From positions 4,263 through 36,262 of the forward strand of contig JAXLWN010000067.1 in the NCBI GenBank assembly GCA_046328475.1: DNA of 32,000 bases. Reading direction: 5' to 3'. Position numbers and translations under genes: made by a program. The number at the start of each line of letters is the position of its first letter. Position 1 is the first letter of the stretch. The DNA comes from Chloroflexia bacterium (GTDB lineage: Bacteria > Chloroflexota > Chloroflexia > Thermomicrobiales > CADCWN01). Shown here piece after piece: positions 19,268-30,182 of this stretch. The notes beneath the pieces were generated by a model, which was not told the origin of the DNA, did not search any database, and worked only from the letters and a program-made list of their open reading frames with translations.

Positions 19268-22139
19268 ATGTCTGCTGATGACGCGCGCCTGGTGCGGCGG
19301 TACTTCACGACCGAGGCGAGCACGAAGGCAAGCCGCGAGGACTCTCCTGCGGCTGCACCTGCCGATGGAGCGCATCCGCGTGCTCGATGCCAAGCCGATG
19401 GTTTTCCGCCCGCACGATATGTGGGAAGAGGGAGGCAGCGCCTACACCGGCGAGGCGGGGCTGCTGGCGGCGTTGCAGGCATCCATCCTCGCCGATCCGA
19501 ACCGGATATTCGTGGTGGTCGGCGAGCCGGGGTCGGGCAAGTCCCACCTGGCGCGCTGATCGAGCACTCGCTCGACGACGCCTCTCCCATTTCCCGATCC
19601 ACATCCTGCGCCACATCGACACCCTCGAAGCGGTCGTCAGGCGGCTGGAGGAGCGGACCGGCATCGCGACCGGTGCCAGGCCATCGTCGCACCTGCTCAC
19701 CACGCCCGCCGACAAGCTCGTGCGCTACCTGCTCGCCTCGATCGAGATGGAGTTGGGAAGCGACACCCCGGAAGGCGACCGCGACCCAGGGCTCGCGCAG
19801 CTGGTCGAGTCCGCCGCGTTCCGCGCGCTCGTGCAGGAGCAAGTCGGCCGCTATCAAGCCGAGCGCAAGCGCACGGACACCGGGTTGAAGACCCGGGAGC
19901 TTCTCGAACTGGGCGCGGCCGATTTCGCGGCACTGCGCGAGCAGATCGGGAGAAGAGCACTCTTGCGCAGGCGCAGGGGCGGTTCGAGCGCCTCGCCGCC
20001 GCCTTCGGGCTGGCCGTCCGTCGGCTGGCCAACCTCGATCGTCTCGATCTCAAGCAGCTCCTCGCTGCGATTTCCGAGCGTTGCATTGCGCTGGGCGAGC
20101 CCCGTGCTCATCCTGGAGGATGTTCCTCGACATGCTCCACGACGACCTGCTGATGGTTCCCTGCTCGACGAGTCGGCCGGGCACTTCGACGCGCTCGTCT
20201 GCTGGACGACCGGCTTCGAGAACTACATGCAGACCTACCAGGAGAGCAGCGCTACACCGCGCGCCTCTCGCTCACCGACGACCAGAACGAAGCCTACAGT
20301 CTCCAGGATGGCCGCTGCGTCGAACTCGTGCGCCGCTATCTGGATGCGGTCCGGCTCGACATCCCGGGCGGCTGCCCGGTCTGCGCGCGTGCCGGGCCGA
20401 TCTTCGACCACCTCTACCCGTTCAACGCCCCCTTCGTGCAGCGCCTCTACGACAACCTCACCACGCCCGGGCGAGAGCGGCGACGTACGCCCCGCCACCT
20501 CCTTGATCGGGCGGTGAAGGCGTACCTCGAGCTTGCCGAGCGGGATGGGGCGTTCCCGCCGCTCAAGCAACCGGACGCCGTGCAGGACATCTATTACGAC
20601 ACCGCCCTCTACCGTTATCGCGAGGAGTACGCCGCGTTCGTGGCCCTCGTCAGCTGGTACGGCGAGCGGCAGGACGGCAGCCTGCGCCTGCCCCATTCGC
20701 TGGCCCGTCACCTCGGGGTCGCGATACCGGAGGAGTTTGAGGAGGACGACCTCATCGAGATCCACCTCGCGCGCGAGGCACCCGAGCAGGACGTGGTGCG
20801 GGCGGCAACCCTGGAAGTAGATCTACAGAATCGCTTCAAATCCCTCCGGCTCGAACTACAGTCGTGGTACAACCACGGCACCCCGCTCGACCACTACCTC
20901 GATCTCCAGCGCGGCGCGTACAAGACGCTGCAGTTCTTCAGGCACCGCCTGCCGCTCACCTTTGCCCACCCGGCCGGCCCGGTCGGACTCGGGCAGCCGC
21001 TCACCTACGGGCGCAGCACAGGCGAGGTCAACATCTTCATCCGCAGCACACGCATGAAGCCGCAGCGCTCGCTGCAACTCGAAATCGGCCCCGGCGCGGC
21101 GGGCCTCGACGACGAGCAGAATTACCTCCTGCTCGAAACCCTGCTGGCGCTCCAGGTCTTCGGCAGCTATCCCGAGGACGCCGACCTTGCCCTGCTCGGG
21201 CACTGGGCCGACGCGGCCCACACGGCCTATCGCGAGCGGATCGAGCGGCGGCTCACCGAGGGCCTCGGCATGGATCTGCCGACCTTCCTCCTGCTCGCCA
21301 AGTTCCTGCTTCTCAACCGCTATCTTGCCGTCGGCCTGCCGCCGGATCCGCTGACCCTGCTTACGCCACTCGATGTCGAAATCGTGGCCGATGGCGAAGA
21401 TCCTGCACCGGTCGATTTTTCGCCGCTCCGCGCGCTTGCCGAAGTGATCGACGGCGCGCTGGTGGCGCGCTTCTTCATCGCGCGCGATTTCCTCGATTAT
21501 CCGCGACTGGCCGCCGCAATCGCTCGGCTCGACGTACCGGCGCTGGTGGAGCGGGCCGCCGCCATCGTGTTGACCCGCGTAGACGAAGACTTCCGCTTTG
21601 CAGGCGGGATACGCCTCCGCGACCTCGCGCGAGCGGTGAAGGGTGTGTGCGCCGCGCTGGGTGCCCTCGATCCGGGCGAACTCTACCGCCGCATCGCGGC
21701 GGAACTCGCGGAGGTGCAGGCCGCAACCGTGACCGCGCCGACGGCGATCGTCGAACGGATGGAGCGACTCGGCGATCGGCTCGGGCTCTACTCGCTGCAC
21801 GAACTCTACGACAGCCCGCGCTGGCGGCAGTGGCAGGCGGCGGTGTCAGACCTGCCCGATGGCGAGGCGACGGATGCCTCGGAGTTGCGCAAGGCGATTG
21901 CGTCGCTCCTCCAGCCGCCCGCCGACCCGTACGGCTATTTCGCCTGGCTCGGTCGGATCCGGCAGATTCAGCGCCGCCCCACCTATCGCACGCTGCGGGC
22001 GGCGCTGGACCTGCTGGCGCGACTGGAACCCGAGCTGAACAGCGCCGAAGACACAGGGATGGGTGAAATGCTCCGTGATGTCCTTGGGCGACGCGACGCG
22101 CTGCTGCGCGCGAGCAAGCCGCTACGGAGGGCGCGATGA
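19268..22139 (+). pseudogene. Large (~955 aa) P-loop NTPase, family not recognised (possible BrxC/DUF499-like features); at least seven frame changes in the first ~1.1 kb, last 1.8 kb intact
   Basis: Walker A VVVGEPGSGKSHLA (19521-19547) and Walker B-like PVLILEDV (20104-20124). A CPVC pair is followed by LYPFNAPF (20412-20435). A long helical C-terminal region (20328..22139) is intact. The start at ATG 19268 (MSADDARLVRRYF) follows ggggaggg and is tentative. Confidence 0.6.
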
Positions 22140-22495
22140 ACCTTGTCGAGCGGATCGACGCGACGATCGCGGCGATCGATCGCCTGCACGAGCAGCGGCA
22201 CCGGCCGCACATCGCCGCCTACTGTCGCCGGATCGGCCGGTTGCTCGACGCCGCAACCGCGGCCCTTGACCACCTCACCGCATCGTCGGCTGAGTCGGGC
22301 AACCAGTCCGCTGAAGCGCACTATCACGAACTCGGGCGCTGGGCGAGCCGGGTCGCGGCGCAGATCGACGAAGCCGCCCTCGTCCGGTGCGACCCGAGGA
22401 TCGAGCAATCGCTCGGCGACTTGGTGATGATGCTGCGCGCGGCGGTGCGGGCGCAGCAGCGGCAGGCACCGCACGCGGAATCATCCCCCGGGTGA
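22136..22495 (+). CDS. Small (119 aa) predicted helical protein, unknown function
   Basis: The ATG overlaps the NTPase stop (ATGA at 22136-22139) and is preceded by ggaggg, suggesting translational coupling. The composition is protein-like (MNLVERIDATIAAIDRLHEQRH...). Confidence 0.5.
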   Translation: MNLVERIDATIAAIDRLHEQRHRPHIAAYCRRIGRLLDAATAALDHLTASSAESGNQSAEAHYHELGRWASRVAAQIDEAALVRCDPRIEQSLGDLVMMLRAAVRAQQRQAPHAESSPG

Positions 22496-22527
22496 GTCGA
22501 CGCCAACGGGCCAGTCGGCACCGCCTT

Positions 22528-24810
22528 TCAGCGGACTCGGCCAGACAGTTGCGCGCCGAGCGAACGAAGGCGCGAACCGGCGCGCAGGATCTCGTCCAGC
22601 CAGGCATAGCGCGGCGCGCTCGGATCGAGCGGGGAGGTACGCCCGCTGCCGATGAGAATCACCTGGTGCTGCGCACGCGTCACGGCGACGTAGAAGATAC
22701 GCATCGCCTCCTCAACGCTCGATCTGGTGGCGTCGGCGAGGTTCTGGTTGAACGAGGCCGACCGCGTCTCCCGCTGGTCGCGCAGGGGCAGGCGGACGTC
22801 GAGGCCGTAACCGGGGGTGATCAGGAAGTTCGGCGGGTTGTATTCGCGCTTCAGCGGTGCCTGGATCTCCGGGATGATGACGATCGGGAACTGGAGCCCC
22901 TTCGCGCGGTGGATCGTCATGATGCGGATGTAGGGCACCGGCCCGGCCTCGGCCGTTCCCGGCAGTTCCGCGTCCTCCTCCTGCTGCCCGCTGAGGATGT
23001 TCGCCTGGAGGCGGCCGACGAACTGGCGCAGGGTGAGCGCCTGCTCGTTGCGAAACATGCTGCGCGCCAGTTCGCGCAACTTCTCCAGGTTCTCCAGGGC
23101 CTGGCGGTCGCCCGCAGCTATGTAATACTCGCGAATCGAGAAGGCGTCATAAAGCCGCGCGAGCAATTGTGGGACGGTGTCGCTGCGGACAGCCTGGCGG
23201 AGGCTATCCAGCGTCGCGGCGCGCTGCGGGGCGTTGTGGTCGAACCAATCGGTGAGTGGGGCACCGTGGAGCGCGCCGTATTGCAGAATGTACTGCTCCT
23301 GCATACTGGCATCGATATCTCGCAGATACGGGGTGCGCAGCGCCTGCGACAGGATCATGTCGTCGCGCGGCAGGAGGATGAGTCGCAGCAGGTGATAGGT
23401 CGCGGCGATCTCGTGACGGTGGTAGAAGCGGCCCCACGAATCTTCGCGGACGACGACCCTCGGCTCCGTGTCGGCGAAGTGCCGCTCAGGCCATGTACAT
23501 AGTGGCGCAGGTCATGATTCGTCCGCACCAGTATCGTTATGTCGCCCTGCGCCACCAGACGAGTCCTCGCCTCCCCATCCGCGCGTCAGGGATCATCGAT
23601 CCGCTGTCGCAGCAGCCAGCGGATGGCATCGGCGGTCTTGGCGATGCGCGCGTCGCGATCGTTGGTCTCCGCCGCCGCGTAAATCAATGGCGGAGTGCGG
23701 TTGTGGGCTCGATTGTGCCCTCCGACGCTTCGAGCGGGTCGCCGAGGTCGGGATACCGGGCGCTCATTGCCTGGAACAGGCCATTCTGTAGATCGAGGAT
23801 TGCGCGTCGGGCGGCGCAGACGTTGAGCGGCAGGATCGCCACCGCGTTCTGCTCGGCCAGATCCGCGAGGGCGTGGAGACGGCGGCGCGGAAGCCGTAGA
23901 TCGACTGCTTTCGGTCGCCCACGACGAGCAGCCCGGCGAGGTGATCGCGGTGGGCGTCGAGGATGCGCTTCTGGGTGCGATCGGTATCCTGGAACTCGTC
24001 GATGAAGAAGATAGCGCCAGCGCAGGCCAGCGCCGTAGCACCGCCGCGCCGCCCGTCCAGCGACGAGATCGGCCGTGCGGCCGAGCAAGTCGTCGCTATC
24101 GAAGCGCTGCTCGTCGTCCTTCCGCGCGGTGTAGGCGGCGTTCGCCCGCGCGACGAGGTCAGCGAGCGCGACCCGGTGGAGCTTGCCGTCATCGTCGGGC
24201 TGGGCGCGCGTCTCCGCCAGCACGATCGCCGGATCAGGCCGCGCTGCCGAATGTTGTCGAGGATCGCGCCGATTATGTGCGCGGCGTGGTGGTCGTCCCA
24301 GTCCAGGTCGGGCGAGAAGAGGAGCGCGTCCGGTCCCGCCAGGCTCGCTTCGGTCGTATCGGCCAGTGTCTCGGTGAACAGGGAGCGCGCCATCGAGATA
24401 TCGGCGGTGTGGGCCACGCGCTCGCCGTAGCCATAGGTCTTGAGGACGTGCGCGCAGTAGCTGTGGATCGTGCCGATGTGGGCACCGGCGAGGCGTTCCT
24501 GTTGGCGTTGCCAGAGGCGACGCCCCGCGTCGTCGCCCTCCCGCTCCGCGCGTCGGCTGCGGTCGGCGAGCGCTCGCTCGATCCGCTCCCGCAGTTCGTC
24601 CGCCGCCTTGTTGGTGAAGGTGATCAGCACAAATTGGTTGACCGTCGCCAGCCCCCGCTCGATTAGATCGAGGACCGTCGCTACCATCGTGTAGGTCTTC
24701 CCCGATCCCGCGCCCGCGCTCACGACGGTGACCGGATGCTCGCGCACATGGTCGACGATCGCCGCCTGCTGCGGCGTCACCGGAACGCCGCCACGCATCT
24801 CCGCAGTCAC
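22528..24810 (-). pseudogene. UvrD/PcrA/AddA-like superfamily 1 helicase (~760 aa, no C-terminal nuclease domain), several frameshifts in the middle third
   Basis: - Motif I VSAGAGSGKTYTM
- Motif II FIDEFQDTD
- Motif III VVGDRKQSIYGFR
- C-terminal TIHRAKGLQFPIVII and YVAVTRAQHQVILIG

The GTG at 24810 follows GAGGAGG by 5 nt. An ATG at 24798 is the alternative start. Confidence 0.8.
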
Positions 24811-24820
24811 GATCCCCTCC

Positions 24821-27568
24821 TCACGGTTCGAGCCCCAGGCAATCCGCGCGCACCGGGCAGAAATGGCAGTGATCGCCCGGGTTCTTCGGGTAGTCGCCAG
24901 CCTCGATCTCGTGAATACGGCTTGCGAGTTCTGCGCTGAACGCCTCGTACTCCTGCCGCGCCTCCTCGCCCAGCGCATCCTGCCGCCCGCGCAGCGCGTC
25001 GTGCCGGTATGCCAGGCGTATCCCGCGATCCCACCACCGCCAGGCGTGATAGCGCACGCCATAGAGGCTAACGTTCCCAAGCTGGATTGTTGGCGGGTCG
25101 TTGTCACGCGGCATCGACGCCGGCAGTAGCCATTCCTCGAACCGGCGATCCTCAAGGAAGGGATAGGTGATGTTGCCCCTGCGGATGGCGTGCCGCACGC
25201 TCGCATCGACAGCGATCGCGCGCTGACCCTCCACGATCGTGTATCCGACCTGGCCGGCTGGCCCGACGCTGATTTGATACTCACCGCCCCACTCTGCCAG
25301 GTAGGCAAGCTCGCTCGCGACTCGGCGCGCCACGGTCTACCACTCCACGTCGCGCAATCCCGGAAACGCGGCACGCGCCTGTTCTTCCGTCGCGCCCCGC
25401 ACATCCTGGAGCATCGCCAGGACTTCGTCCCGCCCTCTGGCCCACAGGCCGGTCTCCGCCAGGTGTTGCATGATGAGGCCGAGCCAGCGGCCCTGGGCCA
25501 GGGGCCGGATCTGGAACCGCTGGCGATACTGGCGAGCGCGACGATCGAGGCCCTCCATCTTGTAGCGGAAAGGGCACAGGCTGAAGTGCGCGATTTCTGC
25601 CAGGCTGTATGCTCCGCGACGTGCCTGCGCCAGCGAGGCGCGTTGCCCCACAGCCCCGGCTGGGAGGGCGGCTGGCGCGGGCGGCGGTGCGATCCTCAGA
25701 CCGAGCCGGGCCGCCGTTTCCTGCAGGTAGGGGGACGGCCCGCAGGCGCGGTCCTGGTCCAGCTGTGCGTAGGAAAGATAGAGGCTTTCCTGCGCCGCGC
25801 GCACCACCGCCAGGGAGAGATAGCGCTCCTGATCCTGATGCTCCTCGAAGCGATCCTCCCAGAATGGCCAGGGCTCGGCGTACCCGCGCGGCACCCGCCG
25901 GTCGTCGACGCCGATGAAGAGGACGTGCCGCTTGGTATAGCCGTCGATCCCCTCGGGGGTCGTCACCCAGACGCGGCCGGGAATGTCGGGCAGGGGCTCC
26001 TCCTCATCCGCCGGGCGGTCATATTCGCGCACGAGGCTGTTCAGGACGTCGCCGAACTCGTCGGGCGACATCGGCAAGGAGGTCTGCACCCGCAATTGCT
26101 CCAGGCTCTCCCTGATCCGCTCGACGATCTGGCGCTCATCGGCGAAGAGTTGCTCCGGCACCAGTCGGCTCAACTCATCGAGCAGGCGCTCGACGTGCCC
26201 CCCGATCGAGTGCGTGCCGCTGGCGAAGAGGCGGTCGCACAGGGTGCGCACTTGCTGCAACGCACGCTCCCAGAGATCGATCGACCGCTCCTCCACCGAG
26301 GCGGCGGCGTGCCGCGAATTGGTCGGCAAGGCCCGGCGGAGGGTGCGGAGATCGCCGAGCGTGCGCCGCCAGTCGGCCTCGGACAGACAGCGGGCGAAGA
26401 ACTGCGCCTTGACCGCGTCGAACTGATCCACGGTCGTCTGCAGCAGGGCACCGAGCCAGCCCGAGGCGACGATCGCCTCGAACGCTTCCGCCCCCATCCG
26501 CAACGCACCTTCGCGGCGGATTTCATAGAGCGTCAGGACGAACCGGCCCAATGGCGTCAGTAGCAGCAGGCGGGGCGGGATGCTCAGCGTCACCGGCAGC
26601 TGCTGTAGCCGGGCTTCCTCCTCCAGCAAAGGCTGCGCGGCGGCGACATCGCGCACGACGATGGCGATATCGCGGGGGTCCGCCCCTTGCTCCAGCAGCG
26701 CGCGCACCCGCGCGATGCAGGCGGCCACCTCCTGGTGCCGGTGCGTGAACGCGGCCAAGACCACCCGGTCGTCGGCGATCGGCACGGGTGTCGCCGCATC
26801 TGCGAAGAGGACTCCTTGCAGCGTGGCGAGGCTGCCACTCCCGGCCGGGGACGTCTGCACGGCGCGCGTCGCCCCGACCGCGTAGGAGGCGTAGGTGCGG
26901 CGCATGATCGCGAACCCCTCCCCCTGCGCGTCGTTGCGGGCGTAGACGAGATGCACGATGGCATTCCGCGCGCGGCAGACGTCGATGAAGTGCCGCTGGA
27001 GCGTGGTCAGGAACGTGAAACCTTCCACGATGACATGGGCGGTGGGACGGTAGGTCAGGTCGAGAAAATCGCGCGCGGCATCCTCGAACGGTCGCCGACC
27101 GTGCGCCGCCTGTTCGGCGCGGTACTCCCGCTGCAATGCCGCGAGCACATCGCCAATCCCCGGATTGAGCAAACGATTCCGCCATTGTTCGGAGATGCCG
27201 CGCGCGAAGTCTGCCCCTTGCTCGGCGAGGTCCGCGAGCGCGTCGCGCCAGGCGAAGACATCCTGGCGGAGCAGGCGCGAGAGCATTGGATCGGCCGCAG
27301 CACGGCGGATAGCGCGCTGGAGGGCGATTCGCTCCTCGGCGCGGGTCAGCGGGTGCTCGGTCATCAGGTGGCGCAGCACCTTGTGGAAGACCAGTTGCGG
27401 CTGGTCGTCCGCGAGTTGGTGCGGCGGTGCCAGTTCGGCCCGCTGTCGCTCCTGCGCGGTCGTCGCCACGATCAAGGTATATTCCTGCCCGATCAGGCCG
27501 AGTTCCGCCAGGAGGGATCGCGGCTCAAGCGGGGCACCTGTGTAGCAGAGTGTCCTCACCGACCCCAT
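24821..27568 (-). pseudogene. AddB/RexB-like helicase-like plus PD-(D/E)XK nuclease subunit, interrupted by a single in-frame TAG (25337-25339)
   Basis: The ATG at 27568 follows ggggggatcgag. The N-terminus lacks a Walker A (LCYTGAPLEPRS). Nuclease-region Cys ligands are split: AHFSLCPFRY lies upstream of the TAG and DHCHFCPVRADC at the extreme C-terminus downstream. Both track ORFs (25337..27688 and 24821..25333) are in the same frame. Confidence 0.7.
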
Positions 27569-27644
27569 CTCGATCCCCCCGCTTCGCCCGCTTGCGCTCT
27601 CGCCATGCTTCCCGATGCCTTTCGCAGCGCACATGCGCACCCAA

Positions 27645-29072
27645 CTACTCGTCAGATTCCCCCGTACGCTCGCGATAGAACTCCTCAACCGCGCGGATCA
27701 GGCTCGTCGATCCGGCCCCGGCCGCTTCGCAGACCTCCAGTGCGTCGCCGCGCGCGTCGAAACCCGAGCGCGCGGCCTGGAGCGCGTAGAAGACTTCGTG
27801 GCTCTCCTGGTCCGGAACGTGGATGACCAGATCGACCGGGACAGTACCATTTGCCTTTTGGAGCGACACCCGCTGGCGCATGAGCGCGCCGTCGAACCGC
27901 TCATCGAACGGCTCAACCTCGCGCCGACCATCCTTTGGCAAGCCGTAGTCGCGTGCCAGCACGTCGAAGGCTCGCCTCCTGGTCGCGGCGGTGCCGCCGA
28001 TGAGGCAGATCGTTTGGTCGCGCAAGTCGATGCCGGGTTCGGGCAGGGCGACCGCCCTGCCCTGGGCCACGTCCGGGATCAGCGCCCGCAAGCGTTCGGG
28101 ATCGAGGCTGTCCAGCAGCAGCACAGCCTGGCGCAGGTGGCGCGGCGACTGCCGCCGCAGCTCCTGGTGCAAGAATTCGGCGCAGACACCGGCGGCGCGT
28201 TCCCGCACGGGTGCGGAGGCCATTTCGAACTGTTCGAGCAGGGCCAGCCGATCGCCATCGTCGCGACAAAGACGCAGGCAGTCGTCGAAGTAGTGGCCGA
28301 GCAGTGGCGCAAACTCGTCGGCACGCGCGTGGAACCGAGCAGCGCGGATCGCCAGCGCGGGGAGCTCATCTTCGGGCGCACCTTCCGGGGCGAGGTCGAG
28401 CGTCCAGCGCGCCAGTTCGCACACCCTGGCGGTTGGGCGTTGGCGGTCCACCGCGCCGAGATAGCGGCACATGACCTGGTAGGCCCGCTCGATCGCCTGC
28501 GGTAGCTCGGACTGATAGAGGCGTTCGGATAGCTGCACGGCAAGGCCATCGTCCTGCGGATTGGCGCGGGCGATGGCGTCGAATACCACGATCGCCTCCT
28601 CGTCCGACAGCCTGGCGATACCGTCTGCGTGCAGCCGACGCGCGATCGGGAGGTCGTCGGGATCGGCGCGCAGGATCGCCAGCAGATTCGGGCGCGCTGC
28701 GTCGCGAAGATTGGCATCTCCCGTGTCCCAACGCCCAAGCGCCACGGCCCGGACGATTTCCGGCCGCGCGAGGATTTCCGGCGCTTCGCCCGCGACACGG
28801 TCGGCGATCGCCGCCGCCGCCGCGTAGTCTTCGCCTCGGGCGAGCGCGACGAGCAGGCGCTCGAAGAGTCGGCGGCGATCGGCGGGAGCGAGCGCATCAC
28901 CCGCTTCGTCCAGCAGTCGATGGTCGAGGGCAGCGCTCTCGGCATCGCGCCCTAATCCTGCCAGCGCCTCGGCTCGCAGGTAGTCGAGCTGGATCCTCTC
29001 GGCGTGCTGAACCTCCGGCGGCAGCAATCGAGTTGCCGCAAGGCGTCGTAGCGCCGGGCAACAGCTCATCAC
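27645..29072 (-). CDS. Hypothetical protein (475 aa): helical/TPR-like N-terminal two-thirds, C-terminal DUF2325-like domain (tentative)
   Basis: Intact ORF. Its start (GTGATG) overlaps the upstream gene's TGA. The C-terminus ICLIGGTAATRRRAFDVLARDYG...VDLVIHVPDQESHEVFYALQAA...STSLIRAVEEF resembles the (V/I)xxxGG...D(L/V)V...SH pattern of DUF2325. This is a memory-based match only. Confidence 0.5.
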   Translation of the reverse strand: MMSCCPALRRLAATRLLPPEVQHAERIQLDYLRAEALAGLGRDAESAALDHRLLDEAGDALAPADRRRLFERLLVALARGEDYAAAAAIADRVAGEAPEILARPEIVRAVALGRWDTGDANLRDAARPNLLAILRADPDDLPIARRLHADGIARLSDEEAIVVFDAIARANPQDDGLAVQLSERLYQSELPQAIERAYQVMCRYLGAVDRQRPTARVCELARWTLDLAPEGAPEDELPALAIRAARFHARADEFAPLLGHYFDDCLRLCRDDGDRLALLEQFEMASAPVRERAAGVCAEFLHQELRRQSPRHLRQAVLLLDSLDPERLRALIPDVAQGRAVALPEPGIDLRDQTICLIGGTAATRRRAFDVLARDYGLPKDGRREVEPFDERFDGALMRQRVSLQKANGTVPVDLVIHVPDQESHEVFYALQAARSGFDARGDALEVCEAAGAGSTSLIRAVEEFYRERTGESDE

Positions 29073-30178
29073 GCACCGAATCGAGGGCGAGCGAGGGGAT
29101 CGCCACTGCGACGGGCGGGAGCAACCGGGGCCGTGAGGAGCGCGCGGCGCTCCTGAAGCTGGGCCAGTTCGTCCGGCTCCACGAAGGGGAGCAGCGCGTC
29201 GATGAGCGACACGAGCGACTCGGCGGTTCCCTGGGGCGGATCCTGCGCGATCTGGAGCAAACCTGCGGTGACCAGCTGATCCTTGAGGCGAACCCGCCGG
29301 CGTTGCTCGTCGGCGGATCCGAGCGACAGGGCATCCGGCTGGAGCAGGCGCGTGAGTGCGCGCAGCCCCTCCACGCGCCGCCCTTGCGCCCAGTAGCCAC
29401 GCGCGAGCAATTCCAACCGCGCGACATCCTGCGCCGTCGCCGCCAACGCGGGCGGTTCGTCGCCAAGCAAGGCGACCGCCTCATCCGGGTTGCCGAGGGC
29501 GAGCAATGCCTCGGCGAGTTGGAACGCGCTCTCGGCATCGGCGAGGGCGGCGGCATACTCTCGCGCGAGCGCGATTGCGTCCTCCCAATGGCGTTGCGCC
29601 ACGGCGAGTCGCAGCAGGAATGGTGCGAGCGCAGCGGGAGCGATTTCCTCGCGCTGATAGGTTGCCAGGAGCCGCTGCGCGCCGCGAAAGTCGCCGCTGC
29701 TGATCCGCTGCGTCAGGAGGTTGGCATCGAACGCCATCCTGCGCTCGGCCCGCCGCTGCGGGGGATAGGCGCTGAATACCTGGGCCACATCGCGCTGCCA
29801 GGCCTGGATGTCGGCGCGCCACACGGGAATGCCTTGAGGCGCGGGGAGACCACCCTGCCGGGTTGGCACGGGCGACGCGGATGACGCGGGCGGCGCAGGC
29901 GAGGCGGCTGGCCGCAGCTCGTCCAGTTCCTGCCGGACGATCGCCAGAATGTGGTCGCGGTCGGCGGGTGTGGCGGGGCCGCGCCCGATGACGTCGAGGT
30001 AGTTCCCATAGCGATACGACCGTCCGTTGTGCCACGGGTTCGTGAAATGTCCACCCGAGATGCCCGCCGCCCGCAGGGCGCGACGTATTCGCTGCAAGTC
30101 GCCGAAGTCGACATCCAGGCAGAGGACCGCCTTGCCCCGGGAGTACCGCACGTCCGGCGCAGCCTGGTGTGAACTCAC
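29069..30178 (-). CDS. Hypothetical protein (369 aa): small N-terminal domain, Pro/Ala linker, TPR-like helical repeats
   Basis: Intact ORF. The GTG at 30178 follows ggtggaggg. The Ala/Leu-rich repeat region (RLAVAQRHWEDAIALAREYAAALADAESAFQLAEALLALGNPDEAVALL...) is TPR-like. Confidence 0.5.
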   Translation of the reverse strand: MSSHQAAPDVRYSRGKAVLCLDVDFGDLQRIRRALRAAGISGGHFTNPWHNGRSYRYGNYLDVIGRGPATPADRDHILAIVRQELDELRPAASPAPPASSASPVPTRQGGLPAPQGIPVWRADIQAWQRDVAQVFSAYPPQRRAERRMAFDANLLTQRISSGDFRGAQRLLATYQREEIAPAALAPFLLRLAVAQRHWEDAIALAREYAAALADAESAFQLAEALLALGNPDEAVALLGDEPPALAATAQDVARLELLARGYWAQGRRVEGLRALTRLLQPDALSLGSADEQRRRVRLKDQLVTAGLLQIAQDPPQGTAESLVSLIDALLPFVEPDELAQLQERRALLTAPVAPARRSGDPLARPRFGA

Positions 30179-30182
30179 GCGC

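Noticed and set aside
18085-19857. 590-aa ORF on the - strand
   Set aside because: It lies antisense to the TGT-fusion 3' end, the 250-aa gene and the NTPase 5' region. It is Arg/Ala/Pro-rich with no motifs. The + strand carries the Walker A and other protein-like segments.
20856-22212. Alternative-frame and antisense ORFs inside the NTPase gene (20864..22066 +, 20856..21800 -, 21475..22212 -)
   Set aside because: Extreme Arg/Pro/Ala composition. The frame of 20328..22139 gives a normal, amphipathic helical protein.
22496-22527. Bidirectional terminator expected in the 32-bp gap between the convergent operons
   Set aside because: Only a weak, mismatched stem (gagtc...gactc) is present, with no T-tract on either strand. 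That is not enough to call a terminator.
22387-23502. 371-aa + strand ORF
   Set aside because: It lies antisense to the UvrD-like helicase C-terminal region, which carries TIHRAKGLQFP and YVAVTRA.
25337-25339. In-frame TAG considered as programmed recoding (pyrrolysine or readthrough)
   Set aside because: The window has no pyl genes and no recoding signal, and the sequence is clearly error- or mutation-prone elsewhere. A W(TGG)-to-TAG substitution or a base-call error is far more likely.
25190-27826. Two long + strand ORFs (25190..26563, 457 aa; 26687..27826, 379 aa)
   Set aside because: Both lie antisense to the intact AddB-like gene, which has coherent domain features and a good RBS. Their products are Arg/Gly/Pro-rich.
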